From Thecamonas trahens ATCC 50062 (taxonomy: Eukaryota; Protista; Apusomonadida), in contig NW_013657630.1 in NCBI RefSeq assembly GCF_000142905.1, forward strand, positions 1 to 64,000: 64,000 nt of DNA, given 5' to 3'. This document shows positions 24,769 through 37,236 of this stretch, one piece after another. Within the stretch, counting starts at the first letter, position 1, and the number at the start of each line of letters is the position of its first letter. A program made the position numbers and the translations under genes. The notes beneath the pieces were generated by a model. It was not told the DNA's origin. It did not search any database and saw only the letters and a list, made by a program, of their open reading frames with translations.

Positions 24769-26677
24769 ATGTATCGCCACAAGCTGATGAAGGAAGTCAG
24801 ACGACGACCACGGGTGTATGCAGCTGTGGCAAGTGCAGTCATGGTGATGTTCCTGTTCATGGTATGTGCTACGCACTCTCCCATACCCCTCCTCCTCCGC
24901 CCCCCCCTCCCCCTCCGCCAACCAACCACCCCGTACTCATCACAGTCACCAGGCATCATTCCGATCACACTCTCCTTACGCTGTCGAGCACGTCGGTACT
25001 CCGGGCTCGGCCAATTACGCAGTCTGGGTCACAGACGCAGCATCGGGCAAGAGAATCTCGGCATGGCACGATGTGTGGCTCATCCCCTCGGTAGCCACCG
25101 CATCGTCGCACGTGGTCAACTTTGTCAATGAGATTCCCAGAGCCACTCGCGCAAAGTATGAGACACAGACAACGGTTGCTGGCAATCCCATTGTTCAAGA
25201 TCGGAACGACGGCGGCGAGCTGCGGTCGTACACCTACGGCGAAACGTTCTTCAACTACGGCGGCATACCGCAGACGTGGGAAGATCCCAATGTGATGGAT
25301 GTCGAGTCGGGGGCCGGCGGTGACGGCGATCCGCTTGACGTCATCGAGCTCGGCGCCTCACCCCTGCGGGTCGGTGCTGTTACGCCGATCAAGGTCCTTG
25401 GCGCCTTGCCCATGCTCGACCAGGACGAGATCGACTGGAAGGTCATTGCCGTTGCCGTGGACGACCCGGCCGCGAGCCGCTGGCACTCGATCAATGACGT
25501 CGAGCCACGACTCATGGCCGGCATCACGGACTGGCTGGTCAACTACAAGACAACCGATGGCAAGCCGAAGAACGTGCTAGGCGCTCCGATTTCTTCCGCG
25601 GAGGCCATGGCGCTCATCCACGACTGCCACGCCCAGTGGCGCGCTCTCCGCCGAGGCCATGCCCCGCCGGGCAAGCTCTGGACTGGTGTTCCGTCGTCTG
25701 CTGCTCGTGTCCCCTACGCTACTATTCTCGCCGCCGCTGTTCACGCCGCCGAGTCGGCCGGTGATGTCATCGCTGCCGTCCACACTTCCAAGGCTCTTGC
25801 CACCGTCACCAAGGGCACCACTGATGAGGGCGTCGTCGATCCACTCACTCTCGCCGACCTCGCTTCACACACTATCATCACTTCGACCCTCGCCGACCTC
25901 TGGCCGGCCCTCGTCGTCGTCTCTGAGGAGGACGACCCCGATCCGGACGCCGCAGCCGCCGTCGCCGACCTTCTTGCGGCTGCCACGCCGCGTCCGCTCG
26001 ACCTGCATCTATTCGACGACCACGATCCGGGGTTTCTCCACGCTGCGCCGCTCGACCGCCTCACGGTCTGGGTTGATCCGCTCGACGCGACCAAAGAGTT
26101 CACCGAGGACCTCCTCGAGTACGTTACCGTCATGGTCACCGTTGCTGACGCCGGCCGCCCTGTCGCCGCCTGCATCCACCAGGTCTTTGCCGACTCGGCC
26201 GCGCCCGACCAACCGCATGTCACCTCGGCCGCCTCGCGCGCCTCGCGCACCGTCTGGGCTCTTTCCGGTGCCGCCACGCCCGGCGGCCATGCCGAGTCGG
26301 TCCTCTCGCCGCAGCCGCGGGTCATCGTCTCGCGCTCGCACCCTGGCCAGCTCACCGAACCTCTCGACGCGCTCCACGCCTCCAAGATTGCCGCCGGCGG
26401 TTCCGGCTTCAAGGCCCTCGCCGTATGGGACGGCCATGCCGACATCTACCTCCACCGCACCGCCATCAAGCTCTGGGACATTGCCGCGCCCGATGCTCTC
26501 TTTACCCTCAATGACGGCACCTTTATCGGATGGTCCGGCGCCCGCTTTGACTACAGCGAGCCCGACGCGTACCTCACTCACAACGGTGTCTTGGCCTCGT
26601 TTGCCCCCACCAAGCGCCTCCTTGCCGCTCTCGATGGCATTGAGCCCGGCAGTGCCAAGTCCCACCCCAAGTCCTGA
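24769..26677 (+). CDS. Signal-anchored fusion of family I inorganic pyrophosphatase and gPAPP/IMPAD1-type PAP 3'-phosphatase; exon 1 24769-24861, intron 24862-24952
   Basis: Exon 1 MYRHKLMKEVRRRPRVYAAVASAVMVMFLFM; PPase motifs ISAWHDV, EIPR..AKYE, NYGGIPQTWEDP, GDGDPLDV and DQDEIDWK; IMPase motifs VSEE, VWVDPLDATKEF, VSRSH and IKLWDIAA. Confidence 0.9.
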
Positions 26678-26888
26678 TCAAATCTCCTTCTCTGTCGTTA
26701 TCAGCAGTATCAAACAAGCTGGCACTAGCTCATCAGCCAGTTTGCCGTTGTCAGCGAGGTGACGTACTCTGAACGGCCCATGCCGCCCGAGTGACACCGC
26801 CAGCCACACGTTTCCCGCACAACCGCCACGTGAGTGGCATTCAGCTACAACCGTCACCACGCCACGCCACCCGTCACAGCCACCACCC

Positions 26889-29800
26889 ATGCCCGACTGG
26901 TGGGAGGAGCGACTCAAGCAGCGTAGGGGATCCAAACAGACTCGAGGCAGTCGGCCTGCCCACGGCTCTGGTCGGCCTGGCTCACCCTCGCCTGGTGCCA
27001 CACCCGCACCCGCCAGCTCTCCCTCGCCCTCGCCCCACCGCTCTGCCCGCCGCCGTCGTTCCATACTTGTTCCGGCCACCCCGGCCCGGAAGCGCTCATT
27101 TGCTGCGGGTGCTGCTTCATTGGCGGCGGCGGCTACCGCTGCGAGATCGTCTTCAAGATCAGTGCGCAAGTCGCGCTCACGCCATGCCTCCGCCTCCTCC
27201 TCGTCGTCATCGTCGTCATCGTCGTCATCGACGTCAAACTCAGACTCGGCATGCTCGCGCCACGACTCGGACTCTACCCCAGCTTCCGACTCCAACTCGA
27301 CGTGGTCGTCGTCGGCTGCATCAACTCGCTGCAACTCGCGCTCGCTCGACAAGTACAAGCTGAAGAAGACGCGATTCTCCAAGGCCAAGGCCAAGGCCAA
27401 GGCCAAGTCCAAGTCCAAGGCCAAGGCCAAGTCCAAGGTCCCCAAGCCGCCGGATCAGGGCGGGGCGTCTGACGACACTCCGTCATCAGTCTCGCTCGAC
27501 GCCGACATCTCCGATCCAGACTTTCTCTACTCGTCCAACTCGTCCGGCCTTGCGGTCGGCCTCCCGCCGCTCTCCGACTCGGAGTGGGCGTCGCGGACGC
27601 AGGAGATCGAAGAGTTCCGCGCACGTATGCGCGCCGCCAAAGCCGGGGCTAAGGTTTCTGAACTCGGCGAGACCAACATCACCATCCTTGCCGGCTGGTC
27701 CTCGGTCAACGGCCTACTCTCGAAAAGTGTCTCGTTCGGCGAGGCCATGCTCGAGGCCGCAGAAGCTGCCCGCCGCGCCCGCGCTGCCTGGCTGGCCTCG
27801 CTCGAGGAGCTGGCCCAGGAAGCAACCGGCCCTCTCTCGGCCGTGCTCGGTGACCTTGGTGCTGGCCTCGCCACCGCTGTCGACAAGTACATGCATCTCG
27901 ATGTGAAGACCAACAAGCGGCTGCGCGCCCTCGAGGAGCACTTTTTGGCGCCGCTGGCAGAGACTCACGCGGCCTCGGTCTCGGTCTTTGCCTCGTGGAA
28001 TGAGTCGTACATCACAAACGACACTGCCCACCTCGACGAGGTGCTCGAGCGCAAGGCGCTCGTCGATGAGGCGGCGGCCATCACCCGCGAGCAAGGCAAC
28101 GCCTCGTTCCTTATATCCGGCCGAGACTTTGCGCTCAAGCAAGTCCGCCAGTTTCACGCCACTGCCAACTCGTGGCGTGACTTTCGCGTCGAAGCGTCGC
28201 GCGGCATGAACCTTGCCCTCCGCTCCATCTTCTCTGACTCGCTCGGCCTCCTCGCCTTTGCCGACAAGATCGCCGTCGCCGAAGCCTCGTCGCTCATCTC
28301 CAAGCTGAAGCCGCTCTCGCCGACCCTCCTTCGTCTCAAGCTCCTTTCTCCCACCCTCCCTGCCAAGACCCGTGCACTGCTTGACGCCACAGCCGCCGCC
28401 TCGGTCACCGTTGACGCCGTCCCGGAATCGGCGCTTTGGTCCGCCGACGCGCTCGCCGAGCGCCTCGAGGCCGCCGCTGCCGCCACAGCTCTCGCTGCGC
28501 CGCCCACCGCCCACTTTTTGCCCACCTTTCACTCAGATGACGGAAGCGCCACCTCGGACATCCCGCAGCTCTCTGTCTTGGTCTCGTCGTCTGATCTCGC
28601 GCCGCCGCGTCCCTCGCCGCTCAACCGGACCTTCCACGGCATTCGCCGCGAGAACTCACTTCCGGACGCATCCGGCTTCAATGGCTCGAGCGCCTCGCTC
28701 GCCTTTAGCCGCGAAGACTCGATGGCCTCGGTGTCGCGACAGGGCTCGGGCATGTTTGCGCGTGGCTCGCCGTCACCCAAGGACTCGATCCTGCGCCGGG
28801 CGCTCGGCGGCGCGCACGCGCTCAAGCTCCAGGCAACTGCCACGTCGCTGGCGTCGTCGACCATTGCAAATCTCCGCTCGGCGTCGCGGGCGCGGCTCCT
28901 TGGCCGCTCCGACTCGAACGCCTCCATCATCATTCAGCGTGAGTTCCAGGCCCATGTCCGCTCGCGTGCTGCGATGTTTTGCAGCGCTTCTTCCGTCGCT
29001 GGCGAACGCTACAAACCTTCCGCGCCGTCGTCGAGCGCGTTGTGCAACGTGCACGCGGCATGATCACGCTCCCGGCAGCGCTGCCGTACTGGCACGACCC
29101 GTACGACCACTCCAACTGCTCGGTCACCTTCAACGGCCTCGAGCTCGAGCTCCTCATCCGCAAGCTCACCCAGCCATTTGCCACTCACACCGAGCTCCTG
29201 CATGTCTTCCTCACCACCCACACTCTCTTTGTGGCGCCCGACAAGCTCTTTGACCTCCTCGTCCTCCGCTTTACATCTCAGCCAAAGAACCTGACCGCCG
29301 CCGCCCTCGCCTCGTTCAAGGCCCACACCCGCGACGCCCTTCAGACTGCCGTCCTCCACTTTATCGATGCCTGGGTCCACTTTTCGTCGAGCCACCTCCT
29401 CACCACGCGAACTGGCCCCGTCATCTGCGACTGGTTGGGTGGCATTTCTCCATCGAGCGAGGTCGCGCCCGAGGTCGCTGCCATCGCCTCGGACCTCGCT
29501 GCCAAGCTCACCAAAGTGCCCAAACGCCCGCCTCTGTCGCTGGCGACCGCCAACTCGAGCACTCGGCGTCAGTTGCGCGGCTCACCAACTTTCCCGACTC
29601 GATTCTCCTAACGAGCAAGCCGATCTCGGTACTCGACGTCGAGCGGGTCCATGCACTCGAGCTCGCCCGCCAGCTATGCCTCCTTGACTGGGCGCCCCTC
29701 GCACGGCTCCAGCCGCGTGAGCTCCTTGCACAGGGCTGGTCCAAGGCCAGCGCGGCGAGCAACTCGCCCAACGTCCTTGCTCTCATCGAGCGATTCAATC

Positions 29801-30900
29801 TTGTGTCCGAGTGGGCGGCGACGGAGATACTGCTCTCGCCGACGCCGCAGGAACGGGCGGTCAAGATCTGCCTCCTCGTCGACGTGGCGACCAACTGCCT
29901 CGCGCTGGCGAATTTTTCCTCGCTCATGGCCATCATTTCAGCGCTCGAGTCTGCGGCCATCTCACGGCTCAAGTTTACCTTTGAGCTTGTGCCGGAGGAC
30001 TACCTCATGCAGTTCAAGGTGCTCAAGGAGGTCATGTCGATGAACCACAACTACCTCAACTACCGCGACAAGCTCAAGGCGACCGAGCCGCCGGCGGTGC
30101 CGTACATGGGTGTCTTCCTCGCCGACCTCGTGTTCATTGACGACGGCAATCCCGACACGCTCCTCCGGTCGTCGCCGCTCATCAACGTCGAGAAGCACCG
30201 CATGACAACCTCGGTCATCGACACCATCCTCCGTTGCGCCTCGGTCCCGTACGCGCTCTACCAGGTGCCGCCCATCCAGGCATACCTCCTCCGCGACAAC
30301 TTGCCGCGGCTCGACGAGAACCAGCAGTACAAGCGGTCACTCGCGCTCGAGCCGCGGTCGGCGACCGCCAAATCGGTCGGCTCGCGCCGGCGCCGCATCA
30401 AGTACACCCCGCAGCGCGGGAACCAGCGGCCCGAGTTTGACGCCGGCGACGACGCTCAGCTCATCGATGACCTGCTCCGTCACATGGAGCGCCGCACCGT
30501 GGCCAAGGGCGAGCACATTGTCCGCGTCGGCGAGACCGGCCGCTCCATGTTCTTCCTCGTCGACGGTGTCGTCGAGGTTGAGCTCCCCGACGGCCGCTCG
30601 TTCCTCTGCAACCAGGGCGCGTTCTTTGGCGAAATCGCCATGTTCCTCGACCAGCCGCGCTCGGCCTCCATTCGCGCCCACTCGGCCGCCACCATTCTTG
30701 TCCTCACACGCGAGGTCTGCGATGACGTCATGTCTGCATACCCCGAGCTCCAGTTCAAGTTCCAGCGACTCGGCGAGGAACGGCTCCGCGCCGACGAAGC
30801 CGGGTCTGACTCGTCCAACTCAAAGCTCCGCAAGTGGATGCGCAAGATTGCCGTCTCGGCCACCGAACGCGCCATCAACTACACTTTTCCCACAGAGTGA
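26889..30900 (+). CDS. RasGEF with IQ-like motif, REM, CDC25 and C-terminal cNMP-binding domain; frameshifts at ~28978 and ~29514
   Basis: REM FLTTHTLFVAPDKLFDLL; CDC25 ELARQLCLLD, LANFSSLMAIISAL and PAVPYMGVFLADLVFIDDGNPD; cNMP GETGRSMFFLVDG..FFGEIAM..PRSASIRA. Confidence 0.88.
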
Positions 30901-30902
30901 TG

Positions 30903-32632
30903 CTACCGCGGCTGCAACTGCCCGTCCGCCGCCGCGGCCTTGAGCTGCGGGATGAGCTCAAGCATCTCCTCGGTCATGCCCAGCAGCTGAGGGTCGACCA
31001 CCTCGCTGTCGACCTCGTCGCCGCGGAGCTCGAGCACGTCCTTGATGGCGCGGTAGTCGGCCTCGGCGGCGTCGAGGTTCTCGACCGTTGCCGCATCTGA
31101 CGCCGCCCGCAGCGCCGTGTACAGCCGCCCGCGCATGTGCCGCGCCGTCACGTAGTTGCCGAGCGCCTCGTTGTCGACCTTGAGGCTTGCCGCGTCGAGC
31201 GCGCCTGGCTCGCGGCTCTCGGCCGATCCGGGTGTTGCTCCATGTGCCACCGCAATGTAAAGCGTGAGCGAAGCAATTGCCTTGACCGCCACCTCGTTGA
31301 GCCGCTGCGTGGTGTGCACCGCTCGCCCGTCGCGCACCGCAGCCGCCTTGGCATCGTAGATGCCGACCAGCGCCGACGCCACCTCGTACGAGAGCTGGAG
31401 CCAGGCAGCGTAAAAGTGGGCATAGTTGAGCTCTTTCATGACCGGATCGAGCGCGTTGACCTTGCGCTTGAGGAGCTTTGTCCGGATCGAGTCGTCGTCT
31501 GCAACCGGGCGAGGACCTCGTACAACCGGCCCTTGTGAATGAGCGCCTCCACGTGCTTGCTCACGTACCCGTCGAGTACAAAGGTGCTCAGCGCAGCCTC
31601 GACCGCCCGAAGGCCGATGAGGAATGCCGGCTGCGCAGCCTTGAATCCAGCAACCGGTGTGAGGTCAAGCCCGCTCAGCACGCTTGCGTCCTCACCGCTG
31701 GCTGCCAGCTGCGGGAAGAGGTCAACGGTCTGGTACTCACCGTCGGTGGAACTCGCCCACGCCGCGAGCAGATCGCCTACCAGCGAGGCGGCCGCGATGT
31801 AGATGTCGCCGCGGGCCTCAATGCCGGCCTCGGTCCCGGGTCCAGCGGCCTCGGTCCGCTTGCACATGATGTCGGCAGAGTCGAGGAGCGCCCGCGCGGT
31901 GGCAAACCCGCCGCGAGTCGCGTAGTAGCCCGCGAGCTTGGTCGCGTTGGCCACCCACGCCCACGGCTCGCCCGGCAAGCCGCCGTCGCCGACGGCCGCG
32001 ATCTGCCTCTCGAGCGTGACCCGGCAGCACTGGGCCGACTCGTCAACTCGCCCGGCAGCCGCCGCCACCTGTGCCAGTACAAACAGGGAGGTGGTGTGCA
32101 GGTGCTCGAGGAAGCGGCTCGCGGCGGAGCCGTCGTCGTCGTCGGTCACACCGGGAATGACCGACGGCGGCGGCCGCGCCATTTGCTGGTACAGCTCGAT
32201 GGCTGCTGTCAGATGCTCCTCCGAAGCCTCGACCTCACTGCGATTGGCATACAGCACCGCCAACGAGTTGTGAGCATCAAGCGCAGCCAACGGCGAGATG
32301 TCGGTGAGACCGTTCTCCAGCGCCTGCAGCAGCTTCTGCTCGCCCTCGCTCCGCTCTTCGGTCGCCAGATAGTTGAGCCCCAGCCGATACCCGAGATAAG
32401 CCTCCCACTCGATGGCGCCCCTGCCCTTTGCATCGGACACAGCCTCGCCACCACCATCATGACCACCATCGCCGACTCTGTCCGCAGCACTGTCCCCACT
32501 CGCAGCGAGTGCGGCCTCAAGATGGCTCCGGGCGGCATACTTGGAGTCGAAGCACCGTTCGACTGGGTCCTCGGCAGCCTCGAGGGCGTCGACCGTCTTG
32601 ACTAGCTCCACTCGTTCGCTTGCTGTTGCCAT
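30903..32632 (-). CDS. KIFBP: KIF-binding protein homolog; -1 frameshift at ~31503
   Basis: DSKYAAR, LGLNYLATEERSEGEQ, LFVLAQV..SAQCCRVTLERQ and FVLDGYVSKHVE; the junction restores ..RTKLLKRKVNALDPVMKELN..LQLSYE. Confidence 0.85.
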
Positions 32633-33349
32633 GACGCTGCTCTTGGGAGGTCAATGAGTGTGGTGTATGTCTCCGACTCCCCGACCGGGTCGCCTCGCTC
32701 ACCGCCGGCTGCTTTGGGACGCTTTGCTCAGTCCTTTGCCGCAAAGGTGCTCCGATCTAGGCTGCACTGACTCTTGATGCTCTCCTCCGAAATGGGTGGC
32801 TATGTGGTTGCTTTTCGTGTGCTGTGTGGGGGGGGCAAGGGGCCGGGTGCTTGTTGGAGTGCGCGGTGAGCGGCAAGGCGAGGGGTGGCCCTGTCGTGTA
32901 TCTCTACGTGTACCTCGGTAAATATTTTTGCACGTGTGAGTAGGGGTACGCCACGCTGTACGCGCACCTGCGTACCCCACACACCGGCTTACCCGCCCCG
33001 TCCATCCGCTACCAGCTGCCGCTCGCAGACTTGCGTCGTATCCGTCTCCCGCAGGCATGTACCGCTATTGTTTCAGCGCCAACATCTCTCGCTAGAGCTC
33101 CCTGGTGGACTAATTCCGCGCGTCACTACTGTCTCCTGCTCGTGTCGCTCATGGCCATCTTCCGGGATCGCCATCCCGCCCACACGCTACCTCATAGCCG
33201 TCGCACACACACACACAAATACAGACGCAAACACACACACACACCTTACCATTTCTATTTCTCCCTCTTGCAGACTTTTCCGCACGATCACGAGTGTACT
33301 CAATTATGGTCCGGCCCGATCATGCTGGGTGGCTGACCGAGGGACACAA

Positions 33350-33390
33350 TGACGTCGAGTTCACGTCAGCATGCCCGACAAGGCACGTCA
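33350..33390. promoter_or_regulatory. Cluster of three TGACGT (CRE/ATF-type) motifs upstream of the bZIP gene
   Basis: TGACGT at 33350-33355; ACGTCA at 33363-33368 and 33385-33390. Confidence 0.45.
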
Positions 33391-33473
33391 CCGCGAGTGA
33401 GCAGACCAACTAACGGGAGAGAGCGTGGGTAGACCCGACTCAGAGACATACGCAAGTGGTTGTGTGTGAGGGT

Positions 33474-34439
33474 ATGAAGCTCGATTCGCTCGCCAGGGCC
33501 GCAGTCTCGCTCGGCGGCGAAGACAGGGACCTGCCGTCATCGCACATGGTCCACAGGAAGGCTGGGAAGAGCGGCAAGGCCAGGAAGAGCGTGAAGAGCG
33601 GAGAGGGTGGGAAGGGCAGGCGGCAGCAACAGCAGCAGCAGCAGCAGCAACAACAACAACGGGCTACAACAGCAAGGGTGGTTGTTCCCGCGGCTTCATC
33701 GACGACATCGGCGTCATCGGCATCCATCGCGTCGACAGCCCCGGCGGCGTTCCCGGCGGCTGCCTCTAGCTCCGAGTCGAGCCGGCGCGCGGAGCGGCGC
33801 GGCGGAAACGGACGTGGGCGGGTTAAGCGCGAGGTCGAGTGCGAGCCGTATGGGCCGGTGGGGCGCGGGGCTAGTGGCGATGGCGACGATGAGCAGCGGC
33901 ATGACGATGGGGCCGAGAGCGGCGGCGGCGCCAATGAGACCGCCAAGGGAGGTTCCGACGGGGCGTCGCTGCGGCGGGCTATGGAGGAGCTGAAGGAGCT
34001 GGAAGACTCGGTCCACAACATCAAGGACTTGACAGAGGCACAGCGGGCGCGTCGGCGGAAGATCCAGAACCGGATCGCAGCGCATCGTCTGCGTGTGCGG
34101 AAAAAGGGCCGCATCGCGCAGCTCGAGGTGGAGAACTCGACGTATCGCGACCGCATCCGCGAGTTGGAGGCCATCATCATTGCCGAGTCGCGCGAAGGCC
34201 AGGTGACCTCGCTCAAGCAGCACATCGACGACCAGGCTGCTCGAATCACCCTTCTGGAGACCTCGCTCGGGGTCGGGAGCCGTGGCGGCGGCGCAGCAGA
34301 CACGGCGCCTCCCGCCACCGATCTCGCCGCCGACCTCGCCAAGGCCCGGATCCGGGTGACTGAGCTTGAGGCGCTCGTCGCGCACCAGGCGCTCACCATC
34401 CGCAAACTGGAGAAGGACGCCAAGTCGGCACAGTTGTGA
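33474..34439 (+). CDS. bZIP transcription factor
   Basis: Basic region RRRKIQNRIAAHRLRVRKK followed by a leucine zipper; polyQ tract. Confidence 0.9.
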   Translation: MKLDSLARAAVSLGGEDRDLPSSHMVHRKAGKSGKARKSVKSGEGGKGRRQQQQQQQQQQQQRATTARVVVPAASSTTSASSASIASTAPAAFPAAASSSESSRRAERRGGNGRGRVKREVECEPYGPVGRGASGDGDDEQRHDDGAESGGGANETAKGGSDGASLRRAMEELKELEDSVHNIKDLTEAQRARRRKIQNRIAAHRLRVRKKGRIAQLEVENSTYRDRIRELEAIIIAESREGQVTSLKQHIDDQAARITLLETSLGVGSRGGGAADTAPPATDLAADLAKARIRVTELEALVAHQALTIRKLEKDAKSAQL

Positions 34440-34472
34440 TAGACGGGAAGTTTATGAGCTCAAGCGATGCGG

Positions 34473-36418
34473 CTAGGAGCGGGACGCCTCCTTGGCGGCC
34501 TTGTACTTTGCCGAGAGGAGCGACATGAGCTCGCCGTGTGAAGCGTCAGGATTGGATTGCTTGACCTGTGCGTAGTTGGCCTTGACAAAGTCAGCAAACG
34601 GGTTGGCGGCGCGGGCGGACTTTTGCAGGGCGAGAACGCCCGAACACTTGCCACAGCGCTGGCTGGCGACGTTGATCGACTTGGAGTGGCGGCCGTAGAT
34701 AAAGCCGCAGCCGGTGCACTCGTACTTGAACTTGTACGTGATGGCGTACGAGTGGCAAGTCGTGATGTGCAGGTCGTGAAAGGCGGCCTCGGCGGCGCGG
34801 GCCCAAGCCTTGAACACCTTGCCGTGCGGCGGCTTGGACACGTGGTTGACGAGCCAGGCTGCAGCGTGGCACATCTCGTGGCAGAGCGTGTTGCGCAGCC
34901 GCTCGACGCGATCAAGAACCTTGCACGAGAGCTCGATGTGAGCCGAGTACTCGGTCCCGCGCCGCCGCATGATCGTCCGCCCGGCGGTCTTGGTCAGCCG
35001 CGGCGCCCAGATCAGCTCCATGTCTGCTGGCAGCAGCGAGTCAAACGCCTTGGCGTTGAACTCGGCGTAAAAAGTACGAGAAAGCTCTTCGCGCTGCCGC
35101 TTGAACGCCGCCATTGACATCGGCTTGGCCGGCGCGCGCTTGACCGGCGCGCACTTGACCGGCGATGGCGAGAGTGACGGCAACCGCGGCGCCGGCGAGG
35201 CCGATGGCGACGACTGGTACGAGTAGCCGCCGCGGTCGAGTGCCGGCTCTCGTCGTCCGACCCGAGCAGCTGCGAGTACTCGCTCATGTCCGAGGTGTTG
35301 ACCACAAAGCTGCGAGTACTCGCTCATGTCCGAGGTGTTGACCACAAATCCGTCGAGCGACGAGTCAAGATCGGCGCGCAGACTCTGCCGCAGGCTCTGA
35401 GTCCGAGTTCGAGTCCGAGTCCGAGTCCGAGTCCGAGTCCGAGTCCGAGTCGATGATGCGGCGCTTGGGGCGGCAGGGTCGGCGGGTGGGGACTAGGTCG
35501 ATGCTGTCGTCGTTATCAAAGGCGTATGCATCGACCGCGGGTGGAGAGGGTGGCGAATCGGGCCGAACGACGGTTGGAATGTTGGCCTCGGCCGATTCGG
35601 CGAGTGTGCTGTCGGACGTGATGCTGGCGTCGATACTGGCGTCGATACTGGCGTCGATACTGGCGTCGATACTGGCGTCGATACTGGCGTCGATACTGGC
35701 GTCAGAGCTAACGTCGAGTGCGTTACAAGGCGTGACGCTGGCGTCGACTGGGCCATCAGGTGTGACACTGGTGTCTGCACTGACGTCGAGTGCGTCATCA
35801 ACTCCGCCATCAAACCCGCCATCAAACCCGCCATCAAGCGTGACGCTCACGTCAAGCCCGCCATCGAGCGCATCACTGGCGTCAAGCCCGCCATCAAGCG
35901 TGACGCTCACGTCAAGCCCGCCATCGAGCGCATCACTGGCGTCAAGCCCGCCATCAGACACGCCGGCCATACACTCACCGTCACACCGGTCGCCGCCTAC
36001 TCTCCCGCCCTCGGCACCATCGTCAAATGAGAGCCTCCGCTCCGTCTTGGGCAAAGCCTCGAGCTTGTTGAGATCAAAGTCGGCAAGCGCATACCGCTAC
36101 CACCCATCCACATCAAGTCACCACACATGAGTATACGGCCAGACACACGTCGAGTGGTGGCGTTGGGGGGGGAGAGAGAGAGAAGAAAAAAATTAGTCAA
36201 ACGCCGGGAGAAACCGAGTGGCCGCCAACTCTGGCGCCAAATGGCTCAACACGTACTGTCACCCTTGGCGTGAGCGTATAGCGCTCGGGCCGGGCTGGTG
36301 TGGAGACCACCAGCACGTCAGCATTCTCCTTGACACTTGCCGCCTTGCTCATCCCTCCTAGAGGGGTCATCCACCCGTACTTGAGCGCTGTCGCCATGAA
36401 CCGCTCGGGGCTGCTCAT
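34473..36418 (-). CDS. GCNA: GCNA/ACRC-like SprT metalloprotease (acidic IDR, SprT HExxH, zinc finger, HMG-like end); exon 1 36257-36418, intron 36097-36256; frame disrupted around 35250-35385
   Basis: W.PRLTKTAG, IELSCKVLDRVERLRNTLCHEMCHAAAW, HGKVFKAWA, TTCHSYAI.YKFKYEC..CG...GRHSKS and NPFADFVKANY; acidic repeats upstream. Confidence 0.85.
35268..35347. repeat. Perfect 40-bp tandem duplication inside GCNA
   Basis: agctgcgagtactcgctcatgtccgaggtgttgaccacaa, two copies. Confidence 0.95.
35623..35956 (-). repeat. Coding tandem repeats in the GCNA acidic region: 12-bp (DASI)n and 60-bp units
   Basis: ctggcgtcgata x6; DGGLDASDALDGGLDVSVTL x2. Confidence 0.9.
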
Positions 36419-37236
36419 CGTAGGCCTGTCGGACGTTGAGTGGTCGCCGTCTGGCTCGCCAGACACCCGATGCCCCCTTCACCGCCATCACTTGGCCACA
36501 ATGAACCAGCCGCTAACCCGCTACCACACCTTGACCCGCATCAGCTTCCCCTCGAATCCAACACCACTCAAATGCCGCATCAATAGCCAGCTCATGCTGT
36601 ACATGGCACCAACACGCATCGTCGCATCATCGCATCATCACTCCTGCATCAACATGCATCAGCTCACATCAACATTCGGAGCAACGGCTACGCCTCCCTC
36701 GCCGCTGACGAGGTCTCAGCTCATAGCAATTGCAGTAGTCCCTGCTTCCTCCCCCCCCGTGTCATGATACAGGCGCATGATGCGCGGCCTATTCTTTTCG
36801 AGGCAGAATGATGGCCATCACTGCTTGTGCCGCCGTTCCGGAACCGGAAGTGGGCAACCCACGCGGAGCAGGTGGCGGAATACGTGCGACATCTGACTCT
36901 GGCTGACCTCGAGTGATGCGAGCCATGCGAGGGCGCACCGATGAATGGATTTCTGAGAAAGGGCCAGAGGAGCAACATCATGCCGTCGGCTATGTCTCTG
37001 CTGTGCCGCGTATCCGTGTGCTGCGTGGGCGGCGAAAGCGAGCCGCGGGCAAGGTGGCATCAAGGCAGGCACCTCGCGATCACGGCCGTGATCACAGCCG
37101 TGATCGCGCGGCTGCTGAACACAGCCGGCGGGAGGCCGCGAGCAGGCGAGCGAGCAAAGGTTGGCAAGGGTGCAACACTGCACGTGTGGGCAAGGCGTCA
37201 GGGAGAAGGAGACCAGCGTGGCACGGGCCGGCAAGC

